A stretch of 64,000 nt of DNA, taken from Desulfobacterales bacterium (GTDB lineage: Bacteria > Desulfobacterota > Desulfobacteria > Desulfobacterales > UBA5852). The notes beneath the pieces are model-generated. The model saw nothing but the letters and a program-made list of their open reading frames with translations, did not search any database and was not told the DNA's origin. The stretch lies in assembly GCA_963674755.2 (NCBI GenBank), contig CAXXVS010000003.1, positions 2,112,001 to 2,176,000 on the forward strand. Reading direction: 5' to 3'. How positions within the stretch are numbered: position 1 is the stretch's first letter; the number at the start of each line of letters is the position of its first letter. A program made the translations under genes and the position numbers. Below, one piece after another: positions 59,251 through 64,000 of this stretch.

Positions 59251-60651
59251 ATGACCGTAACGTTCTACAATACCCTGACCCGCAGGAAGGAGCTCTTCAC
59301 GCCCCTGCAGCCTGAATCCGTCGGGTTATATACCTGTGGACCAACCGTATACAACTATGCGCATATCGGCAATCTGCGCACCTATCTTTTCGAAGATGTC
59401 CTCAAACGTACGCTGCTTTACAACGGTTATACCGTAAACCACGTCATGAACATCACCGACGTCGGCCATCTGACCGGTGATCGTGACATGGGGGAGGATA
59501 AGCTCGAGAAGGGAGCCCAGCGGGAAGGGAAATCCGCCTGGGAGATCGCCGCGCACTATACGGAGGCCTTTCAAAAGGATATCGCCCGGTTGAATATCCT
59601 GGCCCCGACCATATGGTGCAAAGCCACGGATACGATCCCGGAACAGATCGCCCTGATCCGAATGCTGGAAGAAAAAGGGTTTACCTACCGCACCGCCGAC
59701 GGCGTCTATTTCGATACCGCCCGTTTCCCGGGATATACCCGTCTGTCCCATCAGAACCTGGAGGCGCTCCAGGAGGGGGCCCGGGTAGAGAAAAATCCGG
59801 AAAAACGCAACGCCACCGATTTTGCTCTCTGGAAGTTTTCGCCCCCCGGCGTACAGCGACAGATGGAATGGGATTCTCCCTGGGGAATCGGTTTTCCCGG
59901 CTGGCACATCGAATGTTCGGCCATGAGCATGAAGTATCTCGGCGATCAGCTGGACATCCATTGCGGCGGCACGGACCATATCGACGTCCACCACACCAAC
60001 GAGATCGCCCAATCCGAGGCGGCGACCGGCAAGCCTTTTTTCCGGTACTGGATGCACGGTGCCTTTTTGATCATTGCCGGGGGCAAGAAAATGGCCAAGA
60101 GCGAGGGTAATTTTCTTACCATCGAGAATGCCTTTCTGCGCCATGGCAAAGACCCGCTGGCTTACCGCTATGCTGCCTTTCTGACCCACTACCGCAAACC
60201 CATGGAATACAGTGAAGATGCCATGGCGGCTGCCCAAAACGGTTTGCACCACTTGCGCAATCAGGTGCGGACTCTCAAAAACGACGCCGGTCAGGCCGTG
60301 GACCAGGGGCAGATCGACCCGGCCCTGCGCGAAAAATTTCGCGCAGAAATCAACGACGACCTCAACATGCCCCGGGCCATGGCCGTGGTTCAGGATTTGT
60401 TGAAGTCGGAATTGAGCGCTCCCGATAAGCTGGCCACCCTTTACGATATCGACCGGGTGTTGGGGTTCGATCTGGACCAGGTGGATCAGGAAGAGAGCCT
60501 GCCCGAGGATATCCGCCGCATGGCGAACGATCGCCTGGCCGCGCGCAAGGCTAAGAACTGGGCCCTTTCCGATGAGTTGCGCGATGCGATCCAGGCGCGC
60601 GGCTATCTGGTGCAGGACACCCCCCAGGGCACCAAAGTTTTCAAACCCTGA
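59251..60651 (+). CDS. cysS: cysteine--tRNA ligase
   Basis: [27 protein letters not shown]. Confidence 0.97.
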   Translation: MTVTFYNTLTRRKELFTPLQPESVGLYTCGPTVYNYAHIGNLRTYLFEDVLKRTLLYNGYTVNHVMNITDVGHLTGDRDMGEDKLEKGAQREGKSAWEIAAHYTEAFQKDIARLNILAPTIWCKATDTIPEQIALIRMLEEKGFTYRTADGVYFDTARFPGYTRLSHQNLEALQEGARVEKNPEKRNATDFALWKFSPPGVQRQMEWDSPWGIGFPGWHIECSAMSMKYLGDQLDIHCGGTDHIDVHHTNEIAQSEAATGKPFFRYWMHGAFLIIAGGKKMAKSEGNFLTIENAFLRHGKDPLAYRYAAFLTHYRKPMEYSEDAMAAAQNGLHHLRNQVRTLKNDAGQAVDQGQIDPALREKFRAEINDDLNMPRAMAVVQDLLKSELSAPDKLATLYDIDRVLGFDLDQVDQEESLPEDIRRMANDRLAARKAKNWALSDELRDAIQARGYLVQDTPQGTKVFKP

Positions 60652-60752
60652 GGGGTATTTTGCCTTTTCCGGGGCGATCGGTTATAGCCGAACGGACCGG
60701 ATCCATTGTAAACGTTGCGATTAAAAGACCACCTTCATAAGGGAGGTATTCC

Positions 60753-61355
60753 ATGAAACGAAACACGGTGCGCCGGATGGGTGTCATTCTTTTTGCGCTG
60801 ATGCTCGGTACCCTTTCCGGATGCGGCTACAATACCATCCAGCAGCTCGATGAAGCGGTCAATAAAAGCTGGGGCGATGTGGAGTCGAACCTTCAGCGGC
60901 GGGCGGACTTGATTCCTAATCTTGTCCAGGTGGTCAAAGGCTATGCCGCCCACGAAAAGGAAACCCTGGAGGCCGTGGTCAACGCCCGCTCCAAGGCCAC
61001 GGCGGTGCAACTTTCCCCCCAGGATTTGGGCAACCCCCAGGCCATGCAGCAGTTTCAGGCCGCCCAGGGCGCCCTTTCTTCAGCTTTATCCCGGCTCATG
61101 GTTGTGGTGGAGCGCTATCCGGACCTCAAGGCCAATCAGAATTTTCTCGATCTCCAGAACCAGCTGGAAGGCACGGAGAACCGGATCAATGTGGCCCGTC
61201 AGCGCTACAATCAGGCCGTGGAAGCGTTCAATTACGCCATCCGGAAATTTCCTAACAACTTGACCAATTCCTTTTTGCTGCATCTGGACCGCAAGGAATA
61301 CTTCAAAGCCGATGCCGCGGCCCAGCAGGTGCCGACGGTCAAATTTACGGACTAG
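60753..61355 (+). CDS. lemA: LemA family lipoprotein
   Basis: [34 protein letters not shown]. Confidence 0.95.
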   Translation: MKRNTVRRMGVILFALMLGTLSGCGYNTIQQLDEAVNKSWGDVESNLQRRADLIPNLVQVVKGYAAHEKETLEAVVNARSKATAVQLSPQDLGNPQAMQQFQAAQGALSSALSRLMVVVERYPDLKANQNFLDLQNQLEGTENRINVARQRYNQAVEAFNYAIRKFPNNLTNSFLLHLDRKEYFKADAAAQQVPTVKFTD

Positions 61356-61360
61356 CCCGC

Positions 61361-62281
61361 ATGTCATTTTCTCTTCCCCTATTGAAGCGGATCGGCACCA
61401 GTCTGCTTTTACTGCTGGTACTCCTGGCATTCCGGCCGCTGCCGGCCGCCGCCCTTAATGTACCGCCGCTGCAGGGCCGGGTGAACGACTACGCCGGCAT
61501 GCTGTCTCCCGCCACCCGACAGCAGCTGGACGGCATGCTGCAAGGTCTGGAAGCCTCCGATGGCACCCAGATTGTCGTGCTGACTGTTCCGTCCCTGGAG
61601 GGCGACAGCCTGGAGGATTTCTCCATCCGCGTAGCGGAACAGTGGAAGATCGGCCGGAAAGGCCTGGACAATGGCGCTATTTTGCTGATCGCCAAGGCTG
61701 AGCGCAAGGTGCGCATCGAGGTGGGTTACGGCCTGGAAGGCAAGCTGACCGATCTCATGGCCGGACGGATCATTGCCAACGTGATCGTGCCGTACTTTAA
61801 AAAAGGACAGATCGATCAGGGCGTCATTCATGGGGTACAGGCAATGGTCGCTGTGGTGAAGGGCGAATATTCCGCCGCCGAAGCGCCTGCCCGCCGCCAC
61901 GGATCCGAGCGACGGACCGGCAACGGCCTCTTCGGTCTGATGCTGGCCCTGTTTTTCCTGAACGTGCTTGGCCGCCTGCGGCGGTCCCTGGGCGCGGCGG
62001 CCGGGGCCGTTATCGTGCCCATCATCGGAACGGCCATCTTCGGCTTTAGTTTTCTCCTGCTGATCATCCTGATTCCGGTGGGCCTCGTGCTGGGATTGCT
62101 GGCCGGTGTCATGGGCGGGCCGCTGGTGTTCGGCTCCTCCGCTTCGCGCTCCGGGCGCGGCGGCGGCTTTTGGTTCGGCGGCGGGGGCGGCGGTTTTGGG
62201 GGTGGTATGGGCGGCGGCTTTGGCGGGTTCAGCGGAGGAGGTGGCGGTTTCGGCGGCGGGGGTGCTTCGGGTGGCTGGTAG
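61361..62281 (+). CDS. TPM-domain membrane protein with Gly-rich tail
   Basis: RVNDYAG, RIEVGYGLEG, terminal GGGGFGGGGASGGW; typical lemA partner. Confidence 0.92.
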   Translation: MSFSLPLLKRIGTSLLLLLVLLAFRPLPAAALNVPPLQGRVNDYAGMLSPATRQQLDGMLQGLEASDGTQIVVLTVPSLEGDSLEDFSIRVAEQWKIGRKGLDNGAILLIAKAERKVRIEVGYGLEGKLTDLMAGRIIANVIVPYFKKGQIDQGVIHGVQAMVAVVKGEYSAAEAPARRHGSERRTGNGLFGLMLALFFLNVLGRLRRSLGAAAGAVIVPIIGTAIFGFSFLLLIILIPVGLVLGLLAGVMGGPLVFGSSASRSGRGGGFWFGGGGGGFGGGMGGGFGGFSGGGGGFGGGGASGGW

Positions 62282-62299
62282 CCTTGGACGTCGACCAAA

Positions 62300-62971
62300 G
62301 TGGATGAAAGGGCGCTCATGAAGGATTTGACCCGCAATCTGTTGAGTGAGGCGGATCGTGCGGCCATCATCGCGGCCGTGCAGGCAGCCGAGAAGCACAC
62401 GGCCGGGGAGATCGTTCCCATGGTGGTGTCGGCCAGCTATCACTACCCCATGGCCGATGTCATCGGCGGCGTTTGCCTGGCCCTGCCGGCAGCGCTCCTG
62501 CTGACCCCCCTGATCGGCGGCTGGCTCTGGATCGGCACCTGGAGCCTGTGGATGTTTCTGGGGCTGTTCAGCCTGCTGTTTCCAACGGCCCTGATGATCG
62601 TGCGGCACACGGCGGGGCTCAAACGGCTTTTTATTGCCCGGCACGAAATCGATGCCGAGGTGGAGGAAGCGGCCGTCACCAGCTTCTTCAAAAACGGGGT
62701 GTACCGTACCCGGGACGAGACCGGGATCCTCCTTTTCATCTCCCTGTTCGAACGCCGGGTATGGGTGCTGGCCGATCGGGGCATCAACCGCAAGGTGACC
62801 CAGGACCAGTGGGCTGGCATCGTATCGCACGTTATCGCAGGCATCCGGCAGCAGCGCGCGGGAGAGGCCATTTGTGCGGCCGTGACCGAGATCGGCGATC
62901 TCCTGGCGGCCCATTTCCCGATTCGGGAAGATGATCGGGATGAGTTGACCAATCTTATCGTCGAAGATTAG
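62300..62971 (+). CDS. TPM-like domain membrane protein (lemA cluster)
   Basis: AEKHTAGEIV, TGILLFISLFERRVWVLADRGI, DELTN; start may be ATG 62318. Confidence 0.88.
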   Translation: MDERALMKDLTRNLLSEADRAAIIAAVQAAEKHTAGEIVPMVVSASYHYPMADVIGGVCLALPAALLLTPLIGGWLWIGTWSLWMFLGLFSLLFPTALMIVRHTAGLKRLFIARHEIDAEVEEAAVTSFFKNGVYRTRDETGILLFISLFERRVWVLADRGINRKVTQDQWAGIVSHVIAGIRQQRAGEAICAAVTEIGDLLAAHFPIREDDRDELTNLIVED

Positions 62972-63012
62972 GTGCCGGTGGTTTTAAGAAGGTCTGTCCG
63001 TTCGTAAGGCAG

Positions 63013-63311
63013 TTACAAGGACCAGCAGCGCTTGCCCGCCCATTGTTGAATCCGTCCGATGCTATGGGCGATGGCAGGACCTGGTTGCAACCGCCGGCCG
63101 AAGCATCTCCAGGCGATAAATTCCATGATCAGCCCCTTGTCTTCAAGGGGATCCATGTAGGCGAAGTCCGTTTTGACGGGTCCTGTCTTCAATTGCCCTG
63201 CACCCGGATCCCCAACCTTGCCGGCGCCAGTTTTTCCCCCCAGCGGTCCACATCTTCCACCAGAAAGCCTATGTGCTGCACCACTGGCCGACCGGATGGA
63301 TCCAGCGCGTA
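63013..63311 (-). pseudogene. 3' remnant of a VOC/glyoxalase-family gene, frameshifted
   Basis: minus strand reads VVQHIGFLVEDVDRWGEKL then, in another frame, GPVKTDFAYMDPLEDKGLIMEFI to TAA at 63013; no start or N-terminal half. Confidence 0.6.
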
Positions 63312-63439
63312 TGTCAACAGTCGCCTAGTGGTCGTCACGGCTGTAGCGTCATGGCGGCGTCTGATACATATGGGATGAAGTTTGGGAACGGCACTGCGTT
63401 GTTGACAGGAGGTCGCCTAGGTCGGGAAGATCTCTATGA

Positions 63440-63655
63440 CATCATCGTCTTCTGGCCTGGCGTCGTCTCCAGGCGGCCCACGGCCTGCCGGGAGAGATCG
63501 ATGAAGCCGTCACCGGAAATGGCGTGATCGCCTGCATGGACGGGTTCCGGGCGATCACCGTCACGCCGGATCGGTTCCAGGCCCTGGCCCGGGGGGGTGG
63601 CCGGCATGTCACCATCGAGACGGTCTCCGATGGCAGCGTGTTTTGTGAAATATAA
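63440..63655 (+). pseudogene. 3' gene remnant resembling a class I SAM-dependent methyltransferase C-terminus
   Basis: start-less frame HHRLLAWRRLQAAHGLPGEIDEAVTGNGVIACMDGFRAITVTPDRF...SVFCEI*; family recalled from memory only. Confidence 0.45.
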
Positions 63656-63755
63656 GTGTGATCGCCCGCGCGGAGTGTGGCGGTCGTTCCGGGGCTGCCA
63701 GACCACATGCGGCAGGACGATCTTCCCTTTTTCTCCTTGGATACCGTAGGCAGGA

Positions 63756-64000
63756 CTACCACGTCACGAACTGAATCTGCAGGTAGAGATCGCCCCTATC
63801 GCCACCGGGCGTGGTGCGCCCCTGCCCCTGCAGTCGCAGGGTGTTGCCTTCTTTGATGCCCGCCGGCACCTTGACTCTCAGGGTGCGGCGCCGGAATCCC
63901 TGGGGTATGGTGACGTATTTGCTGGTGCCGGTCAGGGCTTCGAAAGCGGTTATGGGCAGGATCTCATAGAGATGGAGGGAGTCGTTGCGGGCGGTGGGAT
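63756..64000 (-). CDS. DnaJ C-terminal-domain (CbpA-like) protein, partial; 5' part lies beyond the window
   Basis: LPITAFEALTG...VKVPAGIKEGNTLRLQGQG...GDLYLQI* on the minus strand. Confidence 0.8.
   Translation of the reverse strand, partial: PTARNDSLHLYEILPITAFEALTGTSKYVTIPQGFRRRTLRVKVPAGIKEGNTLRLQGQGRTTPGGDRGDLYLQIQFVTW

Noticed and set aside
62152..62281. GGC-rich low-complexity tract
   Set aside because: Encodes the usual Gly-rich tail of TPM-domain proteins.

Overview
Core-genome window from a high-GC sulfate-reducing deltaproteobacterium, probably Desulfobacterales (inferred from the Qrc complex and protein sequences; not confirmed by search). Bases 1-27.6 kb hold housekeeping and energy genes: ppiD, a PiT phosphate transporter with its DUF47 partner, a UvrD-type helicase, a histone-H1-like protein, an M16 peptidase, system II cytochrome c maturation genes, the qrcABCD menaquinone reductase operon, murA, a frameshifted comEC, a YhdH/AcuI-family reductase and a LysM lytic transglycosylase. 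Bases 28.1-59.1 kb are the translation/transcription supercluster: five tRNAs, tuf-rpmG-secE-nusG-rplKAJL-rpoBC, rpsL-rpsG-tuf (no fusA), and the S10, spc and alpha operons. The end holds cysS, lemA plus two TPM-domain genes, two gene remnants and a partial DnaJ-like gene. Best lead: the RNA polymerase beta-prime subunit carries an in-frame insertion of about 100 aa that looks like a parvulin (PpiC-type prolyl isomerase) domain with both signature histidines. Second lead: a 52-aa membrane ORF missing from the ORF track, lying between qrcD and the operon terminator, a candidate fifth Qrc subunit. No CRISPR array, rRNA gene or intact mobile element was seen. Family calls come from recognising motifs by eye; no searches were run.
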